DNA of 64,000 nt from Spirochaetota bacterium (GTDB lineage Bacteria > Spirochaetota > UBA4802 > UBA5550), in assembly GCA_963664815.2 (NCBI GenBank), contig CAXXHB010000003.1:2816001-2880000 (forward strand). Reading direction: 5' to 3'. The position numbers and the translations under genes were made by a program. A model generated the notes under the pieces. That model had not been told where the DNA came from. It saw only the letters and a program-made list of their open reading frames with translations, and searched no databases. Shown here in pieces: positions 32,428 to 41,648 of the stretch; position 1 is the first letter of the stretch, and each line of letters opens with the position of its first letter.

Positions 32428-33831
32428 CTATCTCAGAATCTGTGCAAATGCCGGAACCTTAGAGGCAGATACAGGAGTTTTCGACTTCTTCTCTTCAGGA
32501 ATCATCATCGCTATAATTTTTTCCCTTATTTTTACAAGATAATCCTGCTCATAAATTCCCTGCCGGAGAAAGCCATTCATTTCATTTATCATACTGATAG
32601 CTCTGTCTACAACCGGGTTCGCTCCCCGGACATAACCTCCAAGATTAATCAAATCTTCAGCATCAGTATATGCCGCAAGAAGTTCCCTGAATGTATAAGC
32701 TGCCTTAAGGTGCTTTTCATCAACGACATCTTTCATACATCTTGAAACAGAGGCAAGCACATCCACAGCCGGGTAATGGCCTTTATTCGCAAATTTGCGA
32801 TCTAATACTATGTGGCCATCCAGTATTCCTCTCGCAGCATCAGCGATAGGCTCATTCATATCATCACCTTCCACGAGGACACTATAAAAACCGGTTATAC
32901 TGCCGCCTGAAGAACTTGTCCCGGCTCTTTCAAGAAGTTTAGGCATCATACTAAATACGGAGGGTGGATATCCTCTTGTAGCTGATGGTTCACCAGCAGC
33001 AAGACCAACTTCACGTTGAGCCATTGCAAACCTTGTCACTGAATCCATCAGCAAATTGACTGCCATCCCCTGATCCCGAAAATATTCTGCTATTGCATGG
33101 GCTACGAAAGCACCTCTGAGTCTTATCATTGGAGGCTGATCTGATGTTGCAGCAACTACTACTGATCTTTTAATACCCTCCGGGCCAAGTTCCTTTTCAA
33201 CGAAATCCTTAACCTCACGCCCCCTTTCACCGATGAGGGCAATTACATTCACATCTGCATCAGTATATCTCGCGATCATACCGATCACTGTTGATTTACC
33301 CACGCCTGAACCGGAAAAGATACCTATTCTCTGTCCACGCCCGACAGTAATCAGAGAATCTATTGATCTAATCCCGACTGATAATGGTTCACTTATTACT
33401 CTTCTATCAAGTGGATTAATCTCTTTCCCTTCAATTGGATACTTTACCCGTGTGAAAATTTCACCTTTCCCATCAAGGGGCTTTCCTATCCCTGATATAA
33501 CTCTGCCTATAAGTTCCTTTCCAACAGGAATCATTAAAGATCCGCCGACAGAATAGACTTCTGCTCCTGACACGACACCCTTCATGTCGCCAATCGGCAT
33601 AAGCACAACTCTGTTCCTGTTAAATCCAACTACTTCCGCATAAAGATACTGACTCGGACCGGTTTTAATTTTACAAAGATCCCCGTACCTGACAGATGGT
33701 CCGACAGATTCAATCGTCAACCCGACTATTCTTTCCACAGTCCCTGTAAATTTTATAACTTCAAGCTCATCAATCAGATCTCTGTATTTTGAAAGTACAT
33801 CAATCTTCTCATGTGGAAGTATATTTATCAA
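32428..33831 (-). CDS. fliI: Flagellar export ATPase FliI
   Basis: GIFSGSGVGKS, IGERGREV, MDSVTRFAMA, GYPPSVF. Confidence 0.97.
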   Translation of the reverse strand: MINILPHEKIDVLSKYRDLIDELEVIKFTGTVERIVGLTIESVGPSVRYGDLCKIKTGPSQYLYAEVVGFNRNRVVLMPIGDMKGVVSGAEVYSVGGSLMIPVGKELIGRVISGIGKPLDGKGEIFTRVKYPIEGKEINPLDRRVISEPLSVGIRSIDSLITVGRGQRIGIFSGSGVGKSTVIGMIARYTDADVNVIALIGERGREVKDFVEKELGPEGIKRSVVVAATSDQPPMIRLRGAFVAHAIAEYFRDQGMAVNLLMDSVTRFAMAQREVGLAAGEPSATRGYPPSVFSMMPKLLERAGTSSSGGSITGFYSVLVEGDDMNEPIADAARGILDGHIVLDRKFANKGHYPAVDVLASVSRCMKDVVDEKHLKAAYTFRELLAAYTDAEDLINLGGYVRGANPVVDRAISMINEMNGFLRQGIYEQDYLVKIREKIIAMMIPEEKKSKTPVSASKVPAFAQILR

Positions 33832-33888
33832 TATTATGTCTCCTTATAGAACTAAACAAATCCGGATTTTTTTAATCCGGACTTCATT

Positions 33889-34815
33889 TTACAGCGTACT
33901 TGTGTTTCTAATGGCTTCTTCTATTGCATCAAGCTGAGTTGAAATTCTGGCATCAATTGCACCGACATCAGTTTCAATAATACACCCACCTCTTTCAACC
34001 CTTGAATCCTCATATATATTAACCTTTTTAAGAGATTCCATCATTTTTATAAGCTCGTCTTTATGAGCTGTTGTCATATCAAGATCGGCAAAATTAACGC
34101 GTATATCAATTCTGTCTCTGTCTTTAACTCGCTTAATCGCTTCTTTTATATTGTTGATTACAACTTCCCTTCTTTCAACAATTTCATCTTTGATTACCTT
34201 TCTTGCTATCATAAGAATCATCTCAGTCATAAGTTTTTCTGATGACTTGATAATGTCATCTCTTATATCAACAGCTGTAGATACTATGGTTCCAAGTCTG
34301 TCTATAAGCCTCATTACCTCAGCCTGTCCCTCTTTATATCCTTCTTCACGTCCGGCTTCATGTCCCTTCATGTAGGCATCATGTTCGATCTCAGAAACTT
34401 TTTTTTCTGCTTCAAGAATAATTTTTTCTGCCTCAAAATTACTCCTTTCAACTTCCCGCTCAGATTCAGAGCTATGCCTCTCCTTCTCTATTTTTATCTG
34501 TTCTCTGACTTTTTCAAGTTCGGCGAATGCAACAGCCTTACCTTCCTCTTCAATTTTACGTGTCCTCTCTCTGGCCTGCTCGAGCATTATTCTTACTTCT
34601 TCTTCAGTTTCGCGTCTGTAACGCTCCAGCTCGGCCTCCATCTCCTCTATTGATGGACCCTGGTAGATATCAATAGGATTACCAGCTTCATCCATTTCAA
34701 ATTCATGATAATCTTCAGTATCAATGAGATTTTTCTGGTATTTTGCCGGCAATTCCACCTGCTTCACAGCTGTTATGTGCTGGATTTCTCCGGGTTTAAA
34801 AACTAACTTAGACAA
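33889..34815 (-). CDS. fliH: Flagellar assembly protein FliH
   Basis: GxxxG repeats (KGHEAGREEGYKEG), GGCIIETD.G.IDARI. Confidence 0.95.
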   Translation of the reverse strand: MSKLVFKPGEIQHITAVKQVELPAKYQKNLIDTEDYHEFEMDEAGNPIDIYQGPSIEEMEAELERYRRETEEEVRIMLEQARERTRKIEEEGKAVAFAELEKVREQIKIEKERHSSESEREVERSNFEAEKIILEAEKKVSEIEHDAYMKGHEAGREEGYKEGQAEVMRLIDRLGTIVSTAVDIRDDIIKSSEKLMTEMILMIARKVIKDEIVERREVVINNIKEAIKRVKDRDRIDIRVNFADLDMTTAHKDELIKMMESLKKVNIYEDSRVERGGCIIETDVGAIDARISTQLDAIEEAIRNTSTL

Positions 34816-35824
34816 CTAGTTCCTCCTCTCCAGTACGGGCAACAACTATCTCGCCTGCATCCTCAAGTTTTCTTATAATATTAACAATCTTCTGCTGTGC
34901 TTCTTCAACGTCACGCAACCTTATAGGACCCATAAAATCCATATCTTCACTGAGCAAAGAAGCCGCACGTTTGGACATGTTCCTGAAAATTTTCTCCTGT
35001 ACCTCATTATCGACACCCTTAAGAGCTTTTGCAAGTTCCTGAGTATCAACCTCGCGTAGTACTTTTTGGATTGATCTGTCATCAAGCAGCACAATGTCCT
35101 CGAAAACAAACATTCTTTTTTTAATCTCTTCAGCAAGTTCAGGATCTTCTTCTTCAAGAGCCTCTATAATAATCTTTTCTGTTCCACGGTCAACATTATT
35201 CAATATTTCAACAACAGTATCTATACCACCTGCCTGAGTAAAATCCTCACTTGCAAGTGTTGACAGCTTCCGTTCAAGAACCCGTTCGACCTCTCTTAGA
35301 ACATCCGGAGAAGTTCTTTTCATTTCTGCTATACGGCGGGCAACGTCAGCCTGAACATTATGAGGAAGCTCGGCAAGAATCTGAGCTCCCTTCTGAGAAT
35401 CAAGATATGCAAGAATAAGAGCGATGGTTTGTGGATGTTCACCCTGTATAAAGTTAAGAAGGTGAGACGGGTCTGTTCTTCTTATAAAGTCAAACGGCCT
35501 TACCTGCAGTGAAGAAGTTAATCTGTTTACTATATCTATTGCTTTTTGTGTGCCAAGAGCTCTTTCAAGAATATCACGGGCATAGTCTATTCCCCCCTGG
35601 GTAATAAACTCCTGTGCCATCATCATTTCCTGGAATTCCTGAAGGACCTTGTCTTTATCGTCAGGTTCAACTTTATCAAGTCGGGCGATTTCAAATGTCA
35701 GTGTTTCAATCTCATCTTCCCGGAGATGTTTAAACACCTCCGAGGAGACATCTGACCCGAGGGTAACGAGAAATACGGCTGCTTTCTGTTTGCCCGTCAA
35801 CTGAGATTTTTTAGACTGAAGCAT
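34808..35824 (-). CDS. fliG: Flagellar motor switch protein FliG
   Basis: QKAAVFL, GGIDYA, EHPQTIALIL, MFVFED. Confidence 0.97.
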   Translation of the reverse strand: MLQSKKSQLTGKQKAAVFLVTLGSDVSSEVFKHLREDEIETLTFEIARLDKVEPDDKDKVLQEFQEMMMAQEFITQGGIDYARDILERALGTQKAIDIVNRLTSSLQVRPFDFIRRTDPSHLLNFIQGEHPQTIALILAYLDSQKGAQILAELPHNVQADVARRIAEMKRTSPDVLREVERVLERKLSTLASEDFTQAGGIDTVVEILNNVDRGTEKIIIEALEEEDPELAEEIKKRMFVFEDIVLLDDRSIQKVLREVDTQELAKALKGVDNEVQEKIFRNMSKRAASLLSEDMDFMGPIRLRDVEEAQQKIVNIIRKLEDAGEIVVARTGEEELVV

Positions 35825-35942
35825 TTATTAACCCCACAACTTATAAAAAAAATACAAGCCGATAATATTTACCGGCCGGAAAAACAGATTACATTTATAT
35901 ATCAATATATCGGCATAAAACCGTCTTTGTCAAATTAAAAAA

Positions 35943-37643
35943 CTATTCCTCTGCAAGCCATGTTCGTAAAAGCTGAGCCACATCATCCGGTCTTTCTTTT
36001 GCAAGCTGTAGTGCACTCTGCTGTAATTCCAGCCGGGCTCTTTCTTCAAGTGAAAGTTCAACATCAATACCTTCCTCTTCTGCTGCTTTAAGAGCTGCTT
36101 CCCTCATCCTCTGCTGTTCAAGGGCAAGAGATTCTTCCTTAGCTCGCCTTCTCCTTTCAAGTTCTTTCTGCACAGCCCTGAAAAGAATGAAACCTACAAA
36201 TAACGCAACCACACCAATGAGAGCTGCAAGAAGAAGCATCTTCATCTGCTCTTTTTTTCTATATTCATCCCTTAAGGAGTTCCAGTAGTTTGCCCTGTCA
36301 AACATTATGTTTTCAACAGCAACCTGATCACCCCTTGCATCATCATAATTGATAGCTTTTTTAACCATGTTTTCGGCTTTCTTCAAATCCTCCGGGGTTA
36401 AAGGAGTTTGAATAGGTTTCTTCGCAGGATCAAGATCATATTCCCCATTAGGAAGTCTTGGTAAATCCTGCACACCGTCAATAGCTATTGCAACAGTTAC
36501 ACGGGTTACATTATAGGGAGCTCTTGCTATTGACCTTGTTGTTTTATTTACTGCATTATTTTCAATTTCTTCAGATTTATCATATTTTGAAAATTGATCA
36601 TCGCTTGCCTTATAACCGGGAGGTGTATTGGATTCTGTCCCGGCAGGTCCTTCCGGATTCCATCCATGTCCCTGAAAATTTTCTTTTGTATTTTTCTTCG
36701 AAACCACAAGCGAATCCTGGATCTTTCTCTCTGAATATGGGGTTTTGGGATCATCAGGAACCATAGTAATCGGAGTATGTTCTGTCTGTTCTTCTGTAAT
36801 TTTATCCCAGTTAAACTCCATATTAAGCCTGACAACCTGTATTCTGTCAGCAGAATATATTCTTTCAAGACCTTCGCGAATGTCTTTCAGCAGTCTTGTC
36901 CTTGCTTTCTCTTCAATCTTTTTTCTATACTCAATTATAGTATATTCTTTTTTCTCATTTTCATAATCATCATCAAAATCAGATATAATCTTACCTGTCT
37001 CATCAGTTACCGTAACATTTTCAGGTTTAAGCCTTGGGCCTACTGCTCTTGATACAAGATACATTATCCCTTTTATTTCCTTCATACTCAGCTTGTCATA
37101 ACCGGGCTTTTTGTAGACTGTAACTGCTGCAGTATAAGCGGTATTATTGTCACTGTATAGACTATCTTCCGACATGGCAATTTGTACTATAGATTTATCA
37201 ACGCTCTCTAAAGCATCAATATGCATCTGAGTCGCCCCTTCCAGGGCTCGCTGATATTTTACATCAAATTCCCTGTCAGTTTCAGTCCAACTCGATACAT
37301 CAAAGAGTTTAAATCCGGGAATACCCTTGGGGAGCATATTTTCCTGTGCTAAACGTGTTACAATTACAGGCCTTTCGGCAGGTTTGACAAAAATTGATGT
37401 AGTTCCCGATGTTTCATAATAGAATCCCATTTCATCGAGCTTTTTAGTCATCTGGCCGAAATCATCCGATGAAAGATCAGCAAAAAGAAGAGCGTTTGGC
37501 TTCGCACTTGAGACTGAAAAAAGTACTATGAATGCAACTATTACAACAGCTATAACCACTCCGACTATTATTCTTTTAGTACGGTCGAGTTTGTTGTATA
37601 TATCCTTAACCTGCTCCATAATTTTTTTAAAAAATTCACCCAT
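35943..37643 (-). CDS. fliF: Flagellar MS-ring protein FliF (start at 37643, MGEFF)
   Basis: GFKLFD.SSW..TD, RALEG, ASV-like TAAV, two TM segments, DVAQLLRTWL. Confidence 0.95.
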   Translation of the reverse strand: MGEFFKKIMEQVKDIYNKLDRTKRIIVGVVIAVVIVAFIVLFSVSSAKPNALLFADLSSDDFGQMTKKLDEMGFYYETSGTTSIFVKPAERPVIVTRLAQENMLPKGIPGFKLFDVSSWTETDREFDVKYQRALEGATQMHIDALESVDKSIVQIAMSEDSLYSDNNTAYTAAVTVYKKPGYDKLSMKEIKGIMYLVSRAVGPRLKPENVTVTDETGKIISDFDDDYENEKKEYTIIEYRKKIEEKARTRLLKDIREGLERIYSADRIQVVRLNMEFNWDKITEEQTEHTPITMVPDDPKTPYSERKIQDSLVVSKKNTKENFQGHGWNPEGPAGTESNTPPGYKASDDQFSKYDKSEEIENNAVNKTTRSIARAPYNVTRVTVAIAIDGVQDLPRLPNGEYDLDPAKKPIQTPLTPEDLKKAENMVKKAINYDDARGDQVAVENIMFDRANYWNSLRDEYRKKEQMKMLLLAALIGVVALFVGFILFRAVQKELERRRRAKEESLALEQQRMREAALKAAEEEGIDVELSLEERARLELQQSALQLAKERPDDVAQLLRTWLAEE

Positions 37644-37812
37644 CTGCCCCCCTCCGGATAAGGAACTGAAATAAGTCATAAACTAATGTGACATAATACT
37701 TTTATAAAGCCCATTAAAAATTGTCAATTAATTTCCTTATATTTCCTGTTAAATGGAGAAATAATGTCTATTTTACCTTCAGTATTTATCCATTTAACCC
37801 GCTAATGACAGA

Positions 37813-38151
37813 TTATCTTAAGTTTATCAATTCCCGGTAAGCATTGATCGCTCCATCACGGACTGCCTTGGTAAGACCAAGCGCAATTTCAGCTTTCTGG
37901 GTAGCCACCATCACCTGATGAATGTCAACTGTCTCAGGTTTAACCACCATCTGCTGCATAAGGGTTTCGGCATCGACCTGCAGATCATTAGTCTTGGAGA
38001 TTACACTATTCAGCATATCTGCAAAAGAACCTGAAATATCATCCTTATCACGTTCTATTTTTGCATCCGCTCCGAAATGAAGAGGGTCAGTAGTATTAAG
38101 TTTTATTATGTGACCAGAAACTGCATTTGAATTTATCATTTTTTTCAACAC
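37813..38151 (-). CDS. fliE: Flagellar hook-basal body protein FliE
   Basis: SFADML, DIHQVMVA.QKAE, VRD..INAYRELI. Confidence 0.93.
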   Translation of the reverse strand: MLKKMINSNAVSGHIIKLNTTDPLHFGADAKIERDKDDISGSFADMLNSVISKTNDLQVDAETLMQQMVVKPETVDIHQVMVATQKAEIALGLTKAVRDGAINAYRELINLR

Positions 38152-38259
38152 CCCATTTTATTTATTACATCCTGACGAACCACTTCTCAGTAATCCCTTT
38201 ATAAAATCTACCGCTATAACATATACATTTTTACGACAGCTTACTTTGAACAATGTTTA

Positions 38260-38403
38260 TCATGCATACTTCATTTCAATTTTTGAATCGATAGAATATT
38301 CGTTTTCAATTCTGCATATTTTCTCAAATTTTCTGGTATTTATCTTACCGGAAAGTTCATGCGATGTTTTAATCTCATTCATTCTTATTGTTTCTCTGAG
38401 CAT
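38260..38403 (-). CDS. Putative 47-aa small protein between flgC and fliE (not in ORF track)
   Basis: AAGGAGG RBS 6 nt before ATG; MLRETIRMNEIKTSHELSGKINTRKFEKICRIENEYSIDSKIEMKYA*. Confidence 0.55.
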   Translation of the reverse strand: MLRETIRMNEIKTSHELSGKINTRKFEKICRIENEYSIDSKIEMKYA

Positions 38404-38425
38404 CAGAATCCTCCTTATATTACGA

Positions 38426-38893
38426 TTATGCCCCTACTCTGCCTATCTCAAGAGCCTTGGCAAACATAGATTTTGCATTGTTTACTATCATTACATTTGC
38501 TTCATAAGATCTTGATGCCGAAATCAGATCTGTCATTTCAGTAACAACATTGATATTTGGCATCCTGACATAACCTTTTTCAGGACCTGTCTGTATTGCA
38601 TCCGGATGTGATGGATCATATACCAGCCTGAATGGTGTACTGTCTTTCTCTATTTTTACAACTCTTACACCCTGTCCCGCACCATGATCAATTCCTTCAG
38701 GGACTAATGGAGATTTATAACTCGGTCTTATATTTACCGGAGCGAATATTGCCCTCTTTCTTGCATAAGGTCCGTCATTCTCTGTCGTCCGGGTTGTTGT
38801 TGCATTTGCTATATTATCACTTATTACGTCCATCCTTAAACGTTGCGCCGTAAGGCCGGTTGATGCTATATTAAAACTGTCAAACATTCCCAT
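38426..38893 (-). CDS. flgC: Flagellar basal-body rod protein FlgC
   Basis: GLTAQRLRMDVISDNIANA.TT, YDPSHPDA, EMTDLISASRSYEAN. Confidence 0.97.
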   Translation of the reverse strand: MGMFDSFNIASTGLTAQRLRMDVISDNIANATTTRTTENDGPYARKRAIFAPVNIRPSYKSPLVPEGIDHGAGQGVRVVKIEKDSTPFRLVYDPSHPDAIQTGPEKGYVRMPNINVVTEMTDLISASRSYEANVMIVNNAKSMFAKALEIGRVGA

Positions 38894-39016
38894 TTTAAAT
38901 CCCCTTCTTTATCAGACATTATAAATCTTTCTTTTACAGCACATAAAGCCTTTGCCAGTTCAGAAAAATCCGGGTAAAGGGCTTATACAATTACAAATTT
39001 TTGTTACTTCTTTTAA

Positions 39017-39451
39017 TTATACTGTCTTGAGAACCATTTTAATCATTTTGTAATTATGATTCAAACCACTTACAAGAGCATTATATCTCATCATGTTTTT
39101 TGAAGAATCAACCATCTCTTTCTCAATATCCACGTTATTTCCGTCATTTCTATATGTAGTACTGTAATCAAGATTAATTCTCGGTTCAACAGACCGAACA
39201 TCTTGATCAATGGAAAATGGTATATGCCTTTCATCTGTCAGAATAGCAGGAAGCTTCTCCGCATTCCTGGAATTGCTTTTTATAGCTCTGTTGAGTTCAC
39301 TTTCGAAATTCACTTCACTTCTTTTGAAATGAGGAACATCATTATTTGCAATATTATCTGCTATTACCTTTTTTCTCAATGATTCAACATCAAGAGATTT
39401 TTCTAAAAGATAATTTGTACCCATCATGCTGCTTGCTTCGAACATATCCAA
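39017..39451 (-). CDS. flgB: Flagellar basal-body rod protein FlgB
   Basis: VIADNIAN.DVPHFKR, RNDGNNVDIEKEM. Confidence 0.96.
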   Translation of the reverse strand: MDMFEASSMMGTNYLLEKSLDVESLRKKVIADNIANNDVPHFKRSEVNFESELNRAIKSNSRNAEKLPAILTDERHIPFSIDQDVRSVEPRINLDYSTTYRNDGNNVDIEKEMVDSSKNMMRYNALVSGLNHNYKMIKMVLKTV

Positions 39452-39807
39452 CCTCTTAAAATAAACCTATCTACCTTCATATTCGGTAAAATTAAAAATT
39501 CCATAAGCACTTTTTTTTATGAGACATAACTTTTTTAAGTTATTAAAGAGAGACACCATGCAACATAAACACAAACCACATAAAGCTGGCAACAACCCAC
39601 ATTTTTAAACCGGCGGCATCACAACAAAGAAACCAGTTTCGAGCTTAAACCTGTTATAAGTATAATTCTGTACACGATTACAGGATTTAAGGATTTCCTG
39701 CGGATAGAGGTATCGTACACCAACGTTATCCACGTTGGGCATCAACAGGTTTATGATCAACACCACTGCAGATTTATGATAAAAACCAGACTCTCTTTAC
39801 AGAAAAG

Positions 39808-39851
39808 TCAATATCGCTTTAATTTCGTTTCAATTCCGCCTCAAACACGCT
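39808..39851 (+). repeat. Array of four degenerate 11-bp tandem repeats
   Basis: TCAATATCGCT / TTAATTTCGTT / TCAATTCCGCC / TCAAACACGCT, contiguous. Confidence 0.75.
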
Positions 39852-39859
39852 AATGACAG

Positions 39860-40399
39860 CTATAAACGCGTGTTTTTCTCTGCCGGTAACGGAGTTGAAA
39901 CGGTATTGAAACGGTTTTTAACAGGGTCTTCATACTGCTGAAACACCGTTTTGGCAGATGAGTCTCTCTCTTTTACTGCATTTGTATCATTCTTTCTATT
40001 TTCTGTTTTGCTGTTTTCAGGACATGAGATTGTATAATATGTATCTTCACAGGGAGATGATACACCCACTGCACCTTCTGTTACACTGCTTCCAGATGGA
40101 GATACCGGTGAACCTGGTGCAATACCACGAAGGTATTCCGACATAAAGAGATTGTACCCTGCTTTCTTCTTTCTCTTTGCCCTGTTTTTGTAAAGTGTCT
40201 TCTCCTCCTCCGGGAGTACCTGCCATGCCTTTACGCTGCCGCTGAAATTACCCCTGCACTTCACCTGTGGTTCTGTACGGGGATTCCTGGGAATTGTGCG
40301 CCTTTTAATGTAGATCTTTCCATATCGTCTGTAAAGCACAAGACCGTCCAGGCCTCCATGTGCAGTTCTTAAATAGGGATGAAGCTTTACTTTTGCCAT
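39860..40399 (-). CDS. Small basic protein: conserved-looking ~90-aa N-terminal domain (DUF6266/phage-like, HMG-box-like helix) plus low-complexity tail; start at 40399
   Basis: AAGGAG RBS before MAKVKLHPY; G.LDGLV.Y..YGK.Y, PRNPRTEPQ...R..F, W..LPEEEK..Y...A, GYNLFMSEY. Confidence 0.75.
   Translation of the reverse strand: MAKVKLHPYLRTAHGGLDGLVLYRRYGKIYIKRRTIPRNPRTEPQVKCRGNFSGSVKAWQVLPEEEKTLYKNRAKRKKKAGYNLFMSEYLRGIAPGSPVSPSGSSVTEGAVGVSSPCEDTYYTISCPENSKTENRKNDTNAVKERDSSAKTVFQQYEDPVKNRFNTVSTPLPAEKNTRL
39888..39920 (-). repeat. Array of three 11-bp tandem repeats, inverted relative to 39808-39851
   Basis: AACGGAGTTGA / AACGGTATTGA / AACGGTTTTTA; reverse complements TCAACTCCGTT etc. match the left array. 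Confidence 0.75.
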
Positions 40400-40545
40400 A
40401 CATCTACTCTCCTTATTTATTATTATTTTTTTATTGTTATATTGAGATTTATGTCTCTTATAGCCAGTCCGGAAAAGCAAATGACATGGGGCAAGCAGAA
40501 TTTTTAAAAATTTCAGGATTGGTTTATAAGCACAGTATTTAAGTC

Positions 40546-40702
40546 CACCTCCGGGGTATTTAAACAGGTGAGTTTATCAGATAATGTACTCCGAAGACCA
40601 TGGGCGCCGCACTGGACCTGTCGAAGTGTGAGAAGGCTTAGTGGTTACGGCTGCTTAAGTGTACTATATCAACAACGGTGTAATGAACGACAGGCCGAAG
40701 GA
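40546..40702. repeat. GC-richer palindromic, REP-like intergenic element
   Basis: CGCACT-GGACCTGTCGA-AGTGTG hairpin resembling CACTGAGCCTGTCGAAGTG-type REPs; CCTGTCG/CGACAGG complement. Confidence 0.45.
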
Positions 40703-40751
40703 TTTTATGTATATAATGATTATGTTTCATCAATAAAGAGAAAAATCTTAA

Positions 40752-41405
40752 TTATTGTGAGAGAAGTAGAAATGCGAGTTTTTCAGGACTCTCTATCATG
40801 TATGTTGGTTCAGCTTCCTCAAGTTCAACCTTTTCACCATACCCGTATAAAACTGCAGCTGAATCAATCCCGTGATGCTTCGCTCCCTCAATATCGTATC
40901 TGCGATCACCGATCATTATTGTTTCAATCAACCTATCACTACCGATTCGGGGGATAAGCCTGTTGATAAGATCGACTTTAGCACTCATAGAACCATCCAT
41001 GTTGCTTCCTGATACATAATCAAAATAGTTTACTATCTCAAAATGTTCAAGAATCCGAAGTGAAAACTCCAGAGGTTTAGATGTAGCCACATACAGGATA
41101 CTGTTACTCTTTTTCAATTCAATCAACAAATCTCTTATCCCGGGATATAGCTGATTCTCATAGATTCCCTTTTCGGAGAAATACTCACGGTAATACCTTA
41201 CAGCCTCTTCAGCATCCTCTTTATCAAAACCATAATAAATGCCGAATGATTCGCGCAATGGAGGTCCGATAAATTTATACAAATCATGCCGATTGGCGTC
41301 TATACCAAATTTTTTCAGGGCATACATTATTGAGTTAGTTATACCTAGCCCTGGATCTGTAAGAGTTCCATCAAGGTCAAATATTATATATCTGTATTTT
41401 TTCAT
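40752..41405 (-). CDS. HAD-superfamily hydrolase (phosphatase/5'-nucleotidase-like)
   Basis: FDLDGTLTD, FIGPPL, ATSKP, MIGDR..DI.GA. Confidence 0.93.
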   Translation of the reverse strand: MKKYRYIIFDLDGTLTDPGLGITNSIMYALKKFGIDANRHDLYKFIGPPLRESFGIYYGFDKEDAEEAVRYYREYFSEKGIYENQLYPGIRDLLIELKKSNSILYVATSKPLEFSLRILEHFEIVNYFDYVSGSNMDGSMSAKVDLINRLIPRIGSDRLIETIMIGDRRYDIEGAKHHGIDSAAVLYGYGEKVELEEAEPTYMIESPEKLAFLLLSQ

Positions 41406-41648
41406 TATTCTATGCTATAAAACGTAATAATGATTTTCAAGCAGTTATTTCAATCAATATTAAAGAACGGCCTCCAAAAGTTAGTTTTTGTAACCGCAGT
41501 GAACACTTCGTGATTTATTAAATAGTTATCACACCTTATACACTGTAAAAAATTATTGCAACTGCATAAGCACTTCAATGGGGAAAAACAGCCTTCAGCA
41601 CTGTAAACTGTAATGCATTAATTTTGATATACTCCATGACTCAGCATA

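Noticed and set aside
35907-35935. GCCGATAT sigma28-like -10 upstream of fliG
   Set aside because: No TAAA -35 at proper spacing; an overlapping TTGACA/TATATT sigma70-like promoter explains it equally well
38246-38515. 89-aa + strand ORF in the flgC-fliE gap
   Set aside because: Antisense to flgC and to the better-supported 47-aa minus-strand ORF
39826-39912. ATTGAAAC / GTTTCAAT motifs resembling CRISPR repeat ends
   Set aside because: Units are contiguous 11-mers with no 30-40 bp spacers and no cas genes; treated as a tandem array instead
40568-40957. 129-aa + strand ORF
   Set aside because: Runs over a palindromic element and antisense to the HAD gene; no RBS or recognisable motif
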